The notes beneath the pieces were generated by a model that was not told where the DNA came from, did not search any database, and was given only the letters and a program-made list of their open reading frames with translations. Below, one piece after another: positions 46,070 through 54,960 of a stretch of 54,960 nucleotides of DNA. The stretch is from Candidatus Heimdallarchaeota archaeon (lineage in GTDB: Archaea; Asgardarchaeota; Heimdallarchaeia; Hodarchaeales; Hodarchaeaceae): assembly GCA_020348965.1 (NCBI GenBank), contig CP070760.1:2624298-2679257 (forward strand), given 5' to 3'. Positions within the stretch are counted from its first letter, which is position 1. Every line of letters starts with the position of its first letter. The position numbers and the translations under genes were made by a program.

Positions 46070-46780
46070 TCACATTCGGAGCTGGTTTGTAATATTAGGT
46101 AAATTTCGGAATTTTTTTACTTCTATTCGTTCATAAGCTTCCCCAGAAATTTCTACTCCAATATTTTGAACAAGATATCTTATTAAATCCTTCCGTAAGT
46201 CCTGAAGTCGATCGTTCAATGTAAGAAAAATCTCGATTTCCTCAACATATCTGTTAATTAGCTCTGGGGAAGGACTAAAGCGATTTAGGTGAAGTATATG
46301 TCGAATATAATCAGCAATTAGGATGACAAGACCAATAGTTTCTCCTGTAGAATAACGAATAGTGTTGGAAAAGAAAATGGTCAAATGATTAGATTTAGCT
46401 CCAATAGAGATCTTTGGAATACTTTCATGTGGAACAGAAATCAATCCTTGACTGATAATCACTAAAGTGCTATGTAAGGCAAGTAATATCAAGTCCTCAC
46501 GAGATTTCTTAATAAATCTTCCATTGACAATCTGTTTGGCGATATCTGCAGCTAGAAGAAGCGGGCTGTCATGGCGAGCAAGATTTTGAGGGAGGTATTC
46601 CTCTAATCCAGGAATATTTAGAATAGCAGCAATCTTAGACTTGGAAGAATAAGTTAGTTTTGTCTCAATAGATGAGCTAGGATCTAACTTAAAAGCCCGA
46701 GCTTGCGATGCAATTTTAAATTGAGTTTCAAGATCTCTTTTTAAATTTTGGATATATTCTTGAAACTCACTTTTGATCAT
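46070..46780 (-). CDS. polC: DNA polymerase D large subunit DP2, N-terminal 236-aa portion ending at an in-frame TGA
   Basis: KLDPSSSIE, the motif region aligned to GPIRSxGGT (NTIRYSTGET), RFSPSPELINRYVEEIEIF, ITNQLR. Same frame as 43463-46069, separated by a single TGA (46070-46072). Confidence 0.8.
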   Translation of the reverse strand: MIKSEFQEYIQNLKRDLETQFKIASQARAFKLDPSSSIETKLTYSSKSKIAAILNIPGLEEYLPQNLARHDSPLLLAADIAKQIVNGRFIKKSREDLILLALHSTLVIISQGLISVPHESIPKISIGAKSNHLTIFFSNTIRYSTGETIGLVILIADYIRHILHLNRFSPSPELINRYVEEIEIFLTLNDRLQDLRKDLIRYLVQNIGVEISGEAYERIEVKKFRNLPNITNQLRM

Positions 46781-46786
46781 TTTGCT

Positions 46787-47503
46787 TCACGATAGAACAT
46801 GAACCCCGTTCATTAATGTGACATTGAGAATTCCAAGATCGTCGAGATACGATTCATCCTCAAAATAATAAACGCCAGTTTGTTCTCGGTTAACATAAGG
46901 AACGAGGGTAGTACTGCCATTTAAAATGTAGATTGATGAAACCTGAACATGTTCAAACGTATCTCCAGTAGATTGTTGCACAATGATCTTATTATCTCGG
47001 ATTTCAACACGAGCGGTAAAATTTATGGAAAAGGATTCATCTAATGAGATTGAGGACGAAATTGCACTCATATGTAAGGTGAATTCTGCATAGATTTGAC
47101 TAATATATACGGCACCGTCAAAAGTGTTTTCATAAGGGGGTTTATTTGCTGAAAGAAGGAAACTATTTGTGTCAAATTGAAAGTTTGTAGTTACCCCTCT
47201 TACAGAGTTAAGGACTTCTATAGATGCCATAAATTCCTCTATTTCAGTAAGAACATTGGCAGGAGGTGTGATGGCCCCATTTTTTGAATATTCAGCCAAT
47301 ACTAGTTCCAAATATAGCTGAAGTTCGCGTTTTGAATCTAAGTAAGGTTCTCGTAATGTTTCACATTCAACTTCAATTCTTTCACCCCCAAGATTGATTA
47401 AAATTGCTGCCATCGCTACAATGTAGACCGCTATTAACATCGTGGCTAAAATAAACATTTGTCCTTGATGTCTTTTTGAAGATATGAATCCTAGAAACCT
47501 CAT
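46787..47503 (-). CDS. Pilin-like protein with class III (type IV prepilin-like) signal
   Basis: KRHQGQ then hydrophobic MFILATMLIAVYIVAMAAILI. Its ATG overlaps the upstream stop as ATGA. Confidence 0.5.
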   Translation of the reverse strand: MRFLGFISSKRHQGQMFILATMLIAVYIVAMAAILINLGGERIEVECETLREPYLDSKRELQLYLELVLAEYSKNGAITPPANVLTEIEEFMASIEVLNSVRGVTTNFQFDTNSFLLSANKPPYENTFDGAVYISQIYAEFTLHMSAISSSISLDESFSINFTARVEIRDNKIIVQQSTGDTFEHVQVSSIYILNGSTTLVPYVNREQTGVYYFEDESYLDDLGILNVTLMNGVHVLS

Positions 47504-48012
47504 GAGAATTTCTCCCATAAATATAATTGAACTAAGTATTGTGAGTGAAACTGTCCAAAAGTTGAAGAGGAGAATGATCCCAAGTGATAATTTGCTACAA
47601 TCCCCTCTCCTCCTTGTTGTAATGATGCGATATGTCCTGAGGAACCAAGGAGAGTGAAATAGATCTGATCAGGGGTTCCATTATGCACTTCGTGGGCAAT
47701 CAACGTATAATCAATATTATTTGGGAGGATTGAAGAGATAAAATCATCTAATTGGTCTTGATATGTAGAAAATTCAGCATAATATTTGCCATTTCCATGA
47801 AGATAGACTACAGGTCGTAGTAGGCCTGTTTCGTCTGCTGCCAGTAGAATATCTGTCGCTGTTTGATCCAAGCTCATAAGGTTAGCATAGGGTGTTCTTG
47901 TTTGACTCGCTGCGTTTATTAAGAGGAGAGCTAAGACTAACATTAAGGCTACAGAAATAAGTGTTTCTGCGATTTGTAGTTGTCCTCTGTGAGTATTCTT
48001 TTGCCTTTGCAT
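47500..48012 (-). CDS. Pilin-like protein with class III signal peptide
   Basis: MQRQKNTHRGQ / LQIAETLISVALMLVLALLLI matches the archaeal [KR]GQ prepilin cleavage context. Confidence 0.55.
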   Translation of the reverse strand: MQRQKNTHRGQLQIAETLISVALMLVLALLLINAASQTRTPYANLMSLDQTATDILLAADETGLLRPVVYLHGNGKYYAEFSTYQDQLDDFISSILPNNIDYTLIAHEVHNGTPDQIYFTLLGSSGHIASLQQGGEGIVANYHLGSFSSSTFGQFHSQYLVQLYLWEKFS

Positions 48013-48016
48013 TCTT

Positions 48017-49186
48017 CTAGCTACTCCACATGGTTACTTGGCACCTCATCAAAGTCCCTCTGACAACGACGGGATAAGTCTTTGATACCATAGATTTTAC
48101 CCTTTCACCAGGATCTAGTGATCCAAACACTTGGTAGAATATCCCACTGGTCAGATCACGATCCAAAATTGCTGGGTAAGATCCCACTCCTACTTTGTAG
48201 GAATTGCCAAACCTCGCAATACTAAAAAAAGCAACGAGGCCCTCATTTGGAATCGTGAAGGAAATATTCCCCCTATCGCTGGTTCCAAGGTCAACTGTTT
48301 GAAAAGAATAATCTGAAGTAGTATTTTGGTAGATGATAGAGAGAAAGTGGTTATCTAGAGACTCAACCACTCCAAAAATATCTGAAAGTAAAAGAGTTGA
48401 GGAATTAGTACCTCCTCCCCAGATTGTTGTATCTGAAGAGGCTCCGATAACAATTAGTTCATTCGGTAAACTCCCCCAGTTCATGCTCCAAAGTTCTCCC
48501 TTTCTCACAATGACAAAAATAAAGTGTTCTGCGTCAGGATCATCGATATGAGGTATTTCATAAATTAAAGAAGTGCTTCCTCTTGAGTCCGTCGGACTGG
48601 TACCTGCAAGAGTCACGGCTCCATAAGTTAGATCAATCACGAAAAAATGAACTTGAGCATTGAAAATAGGAGAATTATGGGGATTCATAACATCAACCGT
48701 AACAATATTTGATGTAAAATCGAATGATTGAACAGTCACATTAATCTCTAAACAAGGAAAGAAGGCCAATTGAAATTCATAATCACTTTCTAAATTAATT
48801 TTTTTTGTCAGCGTGTCATAATCATATGTCTCATACCCAGATATACTCGAAATAGAGTAAGAGGTTCCAGTAACGATACGAGCCATCTTCGATGCGTCTA
48901 GAGTAAAAACTGTCTCAGATTTCGAATCTGAAAGTCCAAAGGTTGAAGGTAGTTCCTGAAGATACCCCCAATTAATGTCACCCTCTTCCAACAGTAGTTG
49001 GCGTCCAAAGATGTCTAATTTCTCATAGGTTAATTCTCCTACTATTCCTGTCTGAATTCCTGATTGGACGTTGATGATGATTAAAATCAACTGTGTCATC
49101 ATGATTATAAAGAGAAAAAGACTCACAATAAAGTCAACTGCTCTAATCTGTCCACGTCGTCGTTTTTTGAGTCTTGAAAAAACCAT
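48017..49186 (-). CDS. Large pilin-like/pilus-associated protein with class III signal peptide
   Basis: KKRRRGQ / IRAVDFIVSLFLFIIMM, followed by a beta-rich region. Confidence 0.55.
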   Translation of the reverse strand: MVFSRLKKRRRGQIRAVDFIVSLFLFIIMMTQLILIIINVQSGIQTGIVGELTYEKLDIFGRQLLLEEGDINWGYLQELPSTFGLSDSKSETVFTLDASKMARIVTGTSYSISSISGYETYDYDTLTKKINLESDYEFQLAFFPCLEINVTVQSFDFTSNIVTVDVMNPHNSPIFNAQVHFFVIDLTYGAVTLAGTSPTDSRGSTSLIYEIPHIDDPDAEHFIFVIVRKGELWSMNWGSLPNELIVIGASSDTTIWGGGTNSSTLLLSDIFGVVESLDNHFLSIIYQNTTSDYSFQTVDLGTSDRGNISFTIPNEGLVAFFSIARFGNSYKVGVGSYPAILDRDLTSGIFYQVFGSLDPGERVKSMVSKTYPVVVRGTLMRCQVTMWSS

Positions 49187-49228
49187 CTATCACACATTCA
49201 CATGATTAGAATTTACTGTTTAAGCTCA

Positions 49229-49684
49229 CTAAGATGATACTTCATCACTTGATGAACCAACATTAGCAACCTCGAATTGTACAATAATTTCTTCTAGACG
49301 ATCTTTTAATTCTAGCATTGTTGTTTCTAATTCCGTTAATTGGAGTCCCCTTTCTAATAAAGTCGTGGCTTGAGCAATTAATTCGTCAGCTTTCTGTGTC
49401 TTTTCGCTCTTTAAACCTGAAGTTAATTCAGCTAACGAATTAAGTTTTTTCATTAAGTCCGAAACACTATCTTCTATTGTAGAAATTCGAGTTTCAAGAG
49501 GTGCTAAATCAACCTCAACGGGACCAGTTTTAGGAGCAGTTGCAGAACTAATAGCTGGAGTTATGGGAACCGAACCTCCTGAGCCCATACCCTGAACGAG
49601 TAAAAACTCCATATTTGTCAATTTGTCCTCTAAAGCAGAAACTTTCTCTATTAATTCCATCAACATTTTTTCTTCTTTTCCCAT
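49229..49684 (-). CDS. Coiled-coil protein of the pilus operon
   Basis: Trimmed to ATG 49684, preceded by GGAGG. Heptad-rich ends flank a Pro/Ser/Ala linker. Confidence 0.45.
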   Translation of the reverse strand: MGKEEKMLMELIEKVSALEDKLTNMEFLLVQGMGSGGSVPITPAISSATAPKTGPVEVDLAPLETRISTIEDSVSDLMKKLNSLAELTSGLKSEKTQKADELIAQATTLLERGLQLTELETTMLELKDRLEEIIVQFEVANVGSSSDEVSS

Positions 49685-49706
49685 AAATATTAACCTCCAT
49701 AGATTA

Positions 49707-50723
49707 TCAGATATTTGGTACAATAGGAAAAACAAAGATTGTTATTTTGAAAAATACGTAACAAATCATTAATAAGATGCAGGAGTGGCGCAAACCAATT
49801 TTGGCGTCACCTTCACCCATTTTACCCGCAATAAGACCAGCAAAGACAGCTTCAATCATCATCATATGGAAAAATACTAATTGCAAGCCAGCTACATTGA
49901 ATGGTAAACCTGATTGAGGTTCTTGATCTTGCCTTACAGCATCTACAATTTGTACTGCTAATCTCTGAAAGAAAGTAAGGAGTAAGATAATTATAACCAA
50001 AGAAAATATGATGAAGGAGGCATAGATAATCCAAGTATACGGCTTCATTGCTGTAAGACGTTCCCTTTTCAGGCCTAAAATTTCTGAAACGTGTGTATGA
50101 GCAGATTCAAACACATCTTCAATAGCTCCACCTGATCGTTCTGCTTCTAGAATTAACAACGACGTTCTCTTCATCAGTGGAGTATCCGCTACTTCCGTTA
50201 AACTCCGAAGAGTCTTACTAAAAGGGATTCCCCAACTGATCTTTGCTGCCATCTTCTTTAATTCAGGTGTTAACGCCCCATATTGATGCTTTGAAGCCTC
50301 CAAGATAGCTCTCGGTAATGGAAGTCCAGTCTTCTGAGCATCAGAAATCTCACGTAACAAAGATGGAATGTGGTCCTCAATATTATCACGCCATTTTCGA
50401 TCAGAATTGTAAGCCCAAGCTGGGAGAATTAATAATGCAAGAACAGTTACTAAAGTCATATCTAAAATGTCGAAAAAACCAAGAAGAGGATTAATATCAG
50501 AAAGAGAGCTCACATCATTTACAGAGTAAAGAAATGGATGCAGTTTATCCTCGGTAAGTTTCTCTATGTCTTCTCTAATGACCTCAATGTCACCAGTTTT
50601 TGATTCTATATGAGTAAGAGTTGGAATATAGAATACCAGTAATGCGATAATTAAAGCTGAGAGAAATAATATTGACGACAAAATCCACATAAGTTGTTCT
50701 CGTTTTTGTGTTAACTTTCCCAA
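49707..50723 (-). CDS. Type II secretion system F-domain membrane protein (second half of a split FlaJ/PilC/TadC-like platform)
   Basis: Cytoplasmic helical T2SSF-like domain flanked by TM helices. Adjacent to the ATPase and the other half. Confidence 0.65.
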   Translation of the reverse strand: MGKLTQKREQLMWILSSILFLSALIIALLVFYIPTLTHIESKTGDIEVIREDIEKLTEDKLHPFLYSVNDVSSLSDINPLLGFFDILDMTLVTVLALLILPAWAYNSDRKWRDNIEDHIPSLLREISDAQKTGLPLPRAILEASKHQYGALTPELKKMAAKISWGIPFSKTLRSLTEVADTPLMKRTSLLILEAERSGGAIEDVFESAHTHVSEILGLKRERLTAMKPYTWIIYASFIIFSLVIIILLLTFFQRLAVQIVDAVRQDQEPQSGLPFNVAGLQLVFFHMMMIEAVFAGLIAGKMGEGDAKIGLRHSCILLMICYVFFKITIFVFPIVPNI

Positions 50724-50745
50724 AATCTTGGAACCTCCATAACTT

Positions 50746-51666
50746 TTAGATTTCTCTCGAGATGGTTGAGATAAGTAAATTCATGATTACGAGTAGAATA
50801 GGCATTATGAAGTAAGCAAGCGCTAACATTAGAATAGTAGCCGCCTCAACTGCATCTTTAGCAATAACTGCTACAATTGCTAGAATAACTACAAAGAATA
50901 ATGGAGCGACAACACCTACAATCATAAAAATTTCTGCCAGAACACCTAATTGGGCTATAAATTCTTTTGTTTCTTCTTCTTTTAGTTTCATTAAAGCTTT
51001 TGATTCAGCAGACATGAAAAATGTAAGGTCTCCTCCACTAGTTATAGTAGCGGACATACCGTCTAAGAATTTGGAGAATCGTTCAGAGGGAGACCGTGTA
51101 CTGGCAGTTCGTAATGCTTTTAAAATATCATATCCAAAAATCTCAATGTCCCGAGTAATTCGCTTGCTCTCATTAGATATTTCTGGTGCAACAGAGGCTT
51201 CTCCTGCCAGTGAATAGAATAATCTATCAGGTGGAACTCCTGAACTTGACATGGCAGAGAGATAAGATGCTGTTGATGGTAAGCCTGCCTCAATCAATAT
51301 TTTGCGATCAGTTGCTTTCATTTGGGGCCAATATAAAAATGGTAGATATGTTAAGATGCCACATATTACTCCAACGAATACCCCCACCATTACAGCCATT
51401 GGTACTTGGTTTTCAGAAATATTTGGGTCATTCTGAAGGATGAGAGCAACAGTTCCTGTTGTTATAACAAAAGAAAGCACACCAACAAGTATGGAACAAA
51501 AAATTGCACTTCCTAAGTAAGCTCGGACTGAAATATCCATACCAGCTTTTTTCAGACTTGTATTAAGCCTTTCAAAGCGGCCTTTTTCGATCCAAGGTTC
51601 TAAGAACCTACCAAATCTGAGATAACCTACCCTTCGAATAGCTTTACTCACGAATAAACGCTCCAA
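50746..51666 (-). CDS. Type II secretion system F-domain membrane protein (first half of a split FlaJ/PilC/TadB-like platform)
   Basis: LKKAGMDISVRAYLG start typical of FlaJ/TadB, plus TM helices. Lies 10 nt downstream of the ATPase. Confidence 0.65.
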   Translation of the reverse strand: MERLFVSKAIRRVGYLRFGRFLEPWIEKGRFERLNTSLKKAGMDISVRAYLGSAIFCSILVGVLSFVITTGTVALILQNDPNISENQVPMAVMVGVFVGVICGILTYLPFLYWPQMKATDRKILIEAGLPSTASYLSAMSSSGVPPDRLFYSLAGEASVAPEISNESKRITRDIEIFGYDILKALRTASTRSPSERFSKFLDGMSATITSGGDLTFFMSAESKALMKLKEEETKEFIAQLGVLAEIFMIVGVVAPLFFVVILAIVAVIAKDAVEAATILMLALAYFIMPILLVIMNLLISTISREI

Positions 51667-51676
51667 GTGATTTTGT

Positions 51677-53188
51677 TTAAATTGACTTCAATTCGCGCTT
51701 TGCACGATCTACAGTCTCAAGAGCATTTTGATAATAACTAGAAATAACTTCAGAAACTTGGGTGAAATGAGCTAACTTCTTTTTTACCATCCATCGCAAA
51801 ATGGTTTTCCTTCGTTCGAGTTCGTCAAAAACCTGAGCTTCTGTCAATCCTTGCGACTCTTGAATCCCCTCTAATGCATAAGAACGCCCATAATTAATGA
51901 ATGCATCCTCACGGGCATTCCAACCGAAAACTTTGTTGGTTATTAGCTCAGTAGTCACAGGATCAATTCCTACAATTTCCGTACATTCAATCACTCGTCG
52001 TACTTGTTTATCACCTCTACGAATTTTTCTTTCGACAAGAATGATGTTCAATGTTTGGATTAGAGTTCGTGGAATGTTCATTGGTTCATTTTCTAAGCGT
52101 CTGATCGTGCCAGTGACACTGTCTCCATGGATTGTACCCATTCCTGTATGTCCTGTGGCCATAGCTTGAAAGAGGTTATACGCCTCTGAACCTCTAACTT
52201 CTCCAACAAATAGATAATCAGGTCTTTGACGAAGTGCTGCCCTTAGAAGGTCATACATCGAAACTTCTCCTCTCCGGGATCCGTCAGCTTCACGTCCGCC
52301 ATAACCCTCCCGTGCGACTGCAGGGATCCAATTCTCATGGGGGAGATTAAGTTCTGCTGTGTCTTCAATGGAAACGATTTTCATCCCAGGCCGAATGAAC
52401 ATAGCTAAACTATTCAGTAACGATGTCTTACCCGCTGCAGTGCCTCCTGCAATAACAATAGAATTTCTATTTTCTAAAACATACCATAAGAATGCTGATA
52501 AATCTTCGTCTATTGTGTTAAAGATAACCATGTCTGTAATAGTTAAAGGATCAGATTTAAACTTACGAATTGTAAATGTGCTCCCTCGTTGAGTCACCTC
52601 CCTGCCATAAGTCAGCTGAAGGCGACTACCATCTGGTAAAGCGGCATCAAGCAAGGGACGCGCCACACTAATGTGACGTCCTGATCGCTGAGCTAACTTT
52701 ATAATAAAGGCATCTAACGCATCTTCCTCCTCGAATTTTATGTTTGTTTGGATGCTCTCAAATTTTCGATGCCAGATATAGACAGGAATCCCTACACCAT
52801 CACAAGAAATGTCTTCAACATTGTGATCCTTTAACATGGCGTCTATAGGTCCAAATCCAACAAAATCGCGAGCAATATGGTAATTAATCTTATCAAAAGT
52901 TTTTTCATCTAGTTTTAACCCGTAGTTCTTGGCAATTCCGATTACTTTCGACCGAAGGTAATCACGTGCTATTTCAGGTGTTTTTAAAACATTAAAATCA
53001 ACATCTAGTTCTTCTTCGAGAATATTCTTAATCATATCCAATATGTCTTTCTCTTTTGTGCTTAAAGGAACTTCAACTACAGTATATTTAGTTTGTTTTG
53101 ACTCTGGATCGGTTGCTACCAATGCGTAACTGAATGGGGGGATTAATGGATATGTTTCCCGAATTAAACTGCTGCTCGGTTCGGACAT
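51677..53188 (-). CDS. FlaI/PilB/VirB11-family secretion ATPase
   Basis: Walker A GGTAAGKTSLLNSL, Walker B/Asp box (IVSIEDTAEL), His box (GHTGMGTIHG). Confidence 0.85.
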   Translation of the reverse strand: MSEPSSSLIRETYPLIPPFSYALVATDPESKQTKYTVVEVPLSTKEKDILDMIKNILEEELDVDFNVLKTPEIARDYLRSKVIGIAKNYGLKLDEKTFDKINYHIARDFVGFGPIDAMLKDHNVEDISCDGVGIPVYIWHRKFESIQTNIKFEEEDALDAFIIKLAQRSGRHISVARPLLDAALPDGSRLQLTYGREVTQRGSTFTIRKFKSDPLTITDMVIFNTIDEDLSAFLWYVLENRNSIVIAGGTAAGKTSLLNSLAMFIRPGMKIVSIEDTAELNLPHENWIPAVAREGYGGREADGSRRGEVSMYDLLRAALRQRPDYLFVGEVRGSEAYNLFQAMATGHTGMGTIHGDSVTGTIRRLENEPMNIPRTLIQTLNIILVERKIRRGDKQVRRVIECTEIVGIDPVTTELITNKVFGWNAREDAFINYGRSYALEGIQESQGLTEAQVFDELERRKTILRWMVKKKLAHFTQVSEVISSYYQNALETVDRAKRELKSI

Positions 53189-53324
53189 TCATCTGTCGCT
53201 CCTATTATTTTAAATTCGTCTTGTTATTTTTGACTGCTGTCCTATTTATTTAATTATCTACCTAGGATGATATTTAGATTTTTCTATCCACTTGATTATT
53301 CATCGATTGGTTTGCATTTTTTTC

Positions 53325-53777
53325 TTATGAGATCGTTATGGTTATTTCATTTACATTCTTTTCAATGAGTAGTTTTAGTATTAGGTTTGTACTTTCAAAT
53401 GAGGAGTCAGTAATTCTAATAATGTATTTTTCCCCCAATGAAAAGGATACTGATTTGTAAATGTCATTATTACTTGATACTCCATAAAGTATTATTTGAT
53501 TTCTAGTTGAATTGGTAATTTCAATAGAATATTTGTATCTTTGACCTATCTGAGGTGGTAACTCGAATTGTTGTTCAATAGTCTGATTAGAATCAGAGTA
53601 AAATAGCATGGTCTGTTGGATTTGCATTTGTATCAATTCTAAAATCTGTGTCAATTCAATTTCTGCAACATTCAGTCGAAATTGGTCACTAATGGTCTGA
53701 AACATGTTGTTTGTGATAATGACCATGCTTAAACCCAATGTAAAGATGATCATATAGGTAATATACTGAGAAGGCAT
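53325..53777 (-). CDS. Small protein with N-terminal hydrophobic helix, possible minor pilin
   Basis: MPSQYITYMIIFTLGLSMVIITNNMF, then a beta-rich domain. Assigned from operon context only. Confidence 0.4.
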   Translation of the reverse strand: MPSQYITYMIIFTLGLSMVIITNNMFQTISDQFRLNVAEIELTQILELIQMQIQQTMLFYSDSNQTIEQQFELPPQIGQRYKYSIEITNSTRNQIILYGVSSNNDIYKSVSFSLGEKYIIRITDSSFESTNLILKLLIEKNVNEITITIS

Positions 53778-53801
53778 TAATATCTACCTTTTTCGTTTTC
53801 G

Positions 53802-54737
53802 TTAGGATGTAGAAAGACCAATTTCATATTTAAACACCTGAACAACGATATTAAAATACTGGGTATCAAATCCTTGAATAGTTTTAGTACTCCAGATCAG
53901 GTTGGTGTCAATCTGTGGTACTTGCCCCCAAATAAAGCCAGAATTATCCCAAACTAGTTTTAACTCACCTATTGATGCATTTTTGGGAAGAATATGGGGT
54001 TCTGAAACAATGCTTTGCGAGTGAATGTTGATTTGTTCATATTGACTGTGAATTGTCGAAAAATCCCCTGAAAGTAATATCAGAAAGAGCTCGAAACGTA
54101 ATTCTGGTTCAGGTTGAGTAGAGATTGTTACATAAATAGATATTCTGTAATTTAAAGTTATATGGTGCAATCTATCGTCAAGATGACTTAAAGTCAGATT
54201 TGTTAGATCTTGATAATCCGTCGAACCAAAGATTCCTGTTAAAAAAACAGGATCTCGGATTTTATAAGGATCAGGTCCAGTTAAGTATCTCGTTGTGCCA
54301 CGCGGAAGAATTGATTGTGGACTATTATAAGCCCAATCTAGAACACCAATTCCTTGGTTCTCGATTATGTTGTAGACAAGTTTGTCGTCTTGATCAAACA
54401 AGCGTAAGGAAAAATGAGAGGAATCAGAAATATAATCTATCTTTCCTGCCGGTTTTGTTATAAGGACTGTTCGGAACCCTCCAGGACTTCCACTTTCGCT
54501 AAGTAGAGATTTTATAGTTGTGTCGAGCTCTAGAAAGCTATTACTTGTAATAGCTATAGCTTCTTCGCTCTGGGCATGCTCGATGTAAGGGAGTACCTGA
54601 ATATAAGTGATCATGACTCCTGTGATTATTAGGCCAAAGATTATCACAGTAGCCAATACAGGGGAAACACCCTGATGTTTTCCTTTGAAAATTCTATGAT
54701 AAAAAGCTTTTAATTTGGTGAAAGATGGGTGACTCAA
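53802..54737 (-). CDS. Archaeal type IV pilin-like protein (DUF1628-type N-terminus)
   Basis: KHQGVSPVLATVIIFGLIITGV matches the archaeal pilin/archaellin-type class III signal. TTG start. Confidence 0.6.
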   Translation of the reverse strand: MSHPSFTKLKAFYHRIFKGKHQGVSPVLATVIIFGLIITGVMITYIQVLPYIEHAQSEEAIAITSNSFLELDTTIKSLLSESGSPGGFRTVLITKPAGKIDYISDSSHFSLRLFDQDDKLVYNIIENQGIGVLDWAYNSPQSILPRGTTRYLTGPDPYKIRDPVFLTGIFGSTDYQDLTNLTLSHLDDRLHHITLNYRISIYVTISTQPEPELRFELFLILLSGDFSTIHSQYEQINIHSQSIVSEPHILPKNASIGELKLVWDNSGFIWGQVPQIDTNLIWSTKTIQGFDTQYFNIVVQVFKYEIGLSTS

Positions 54738-54960
54738 GTTGAATCCCTTTCTATCAAATTGATCAATCTACAGTTCTAAAGTAAAGGTCAAGTCTCAGGG
54801 ATTTATGATCATCAAATCATTAATTTAAGGATTTTTGTATTCCCAGAAATCATCTCTTTTTCTCGAAAAATCTAGCTCCAAGGTAAAGGTAATTCGAAAA
54901 CCTTCGATATAAAATGATTAAAACAAAGAGTTTCGGATGAATAGATAGCAAAAAGTATTG

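Noticed and set aside
46070-46072. Selenocysteine or a genome-wide TGA reassignment as the explanation for the DP2 stop
   Set aside because: TGA terminates several well-delimited genes in this window (GINS, S27e, Nop10, a pilin-like gene). I did not assess any 3'-UTR SECIS-like element, so Sec is not excluded. No residue in this motif is expected to be Cys/Sec. It is kept only as a remote option in the finding.
1-54960. CRISPR arrays, IS elements or transposases, integrases, toxin-antitoxin or restriction-type defence genes
   Set aside because: No spaced direct repeats, terminal inverted repeats with transposase ORFs, or recognisable defence motifs were seen. All large ORFs are accounted for by the calls above.

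Overview
AT-rich archaeal chromosomal window, densely coded on both strands. The gene content points to an Asgard (Loki-like) archaeon. This is an inference from eukaryote-signature genes, not a database hit. All calls come from motif reading of the supplied translations and the DNA; no searches were run. Core information-processing genes: a tRNA-Thr with three putative introns, GINS51-S27e-eIF2alpha-Nop10-NAT, ThrRS, Cgi121, THUMP, RNase P Rpp30/Pop5, L15e, GatE/GatD, NFACT/Rqc2 and PolD large subunit DP2. The most interesting block is 3.0-13.2 kb. It holds a complete eukaryote-like ubiquitin cascade: E1, a Ubl ending in GG, a UBC E2 and a JAMM isopeptidase. Interleaved with it are an ESCRT-II Vps22/EAP30-like gene, an SPFH gene, a 583-aa protein ending in a C4C4 RING-like module, and two zinc-ribbon unknowns. 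Two tandem Arf-like GTPases follow. Other notable items: (1) a 1142-aa signal-peptide / beta-helix / TM protein with a cytoplasmic C-terminal winged-helix domain, flanked by inverted 2-hydroxyacid-dehydrogenase paralogs. (2) A DP2 gene cut by one in-frame TGA sitting in an AATGTG-AATGTG tandem, with a changed acidic motif (NCNGDID). (3) A nine-gene type IV pilus-like operon with a split FlaJ/TadBC-type platform protein. (4) A 58-aa zinc-ribbon ORF missing from the ORF track. (5) A Cgi121 gene whose conserved N-terminus has no in-frame start codon. No CRISPR array, rRNA, transposase or obvious defence genes were seen.
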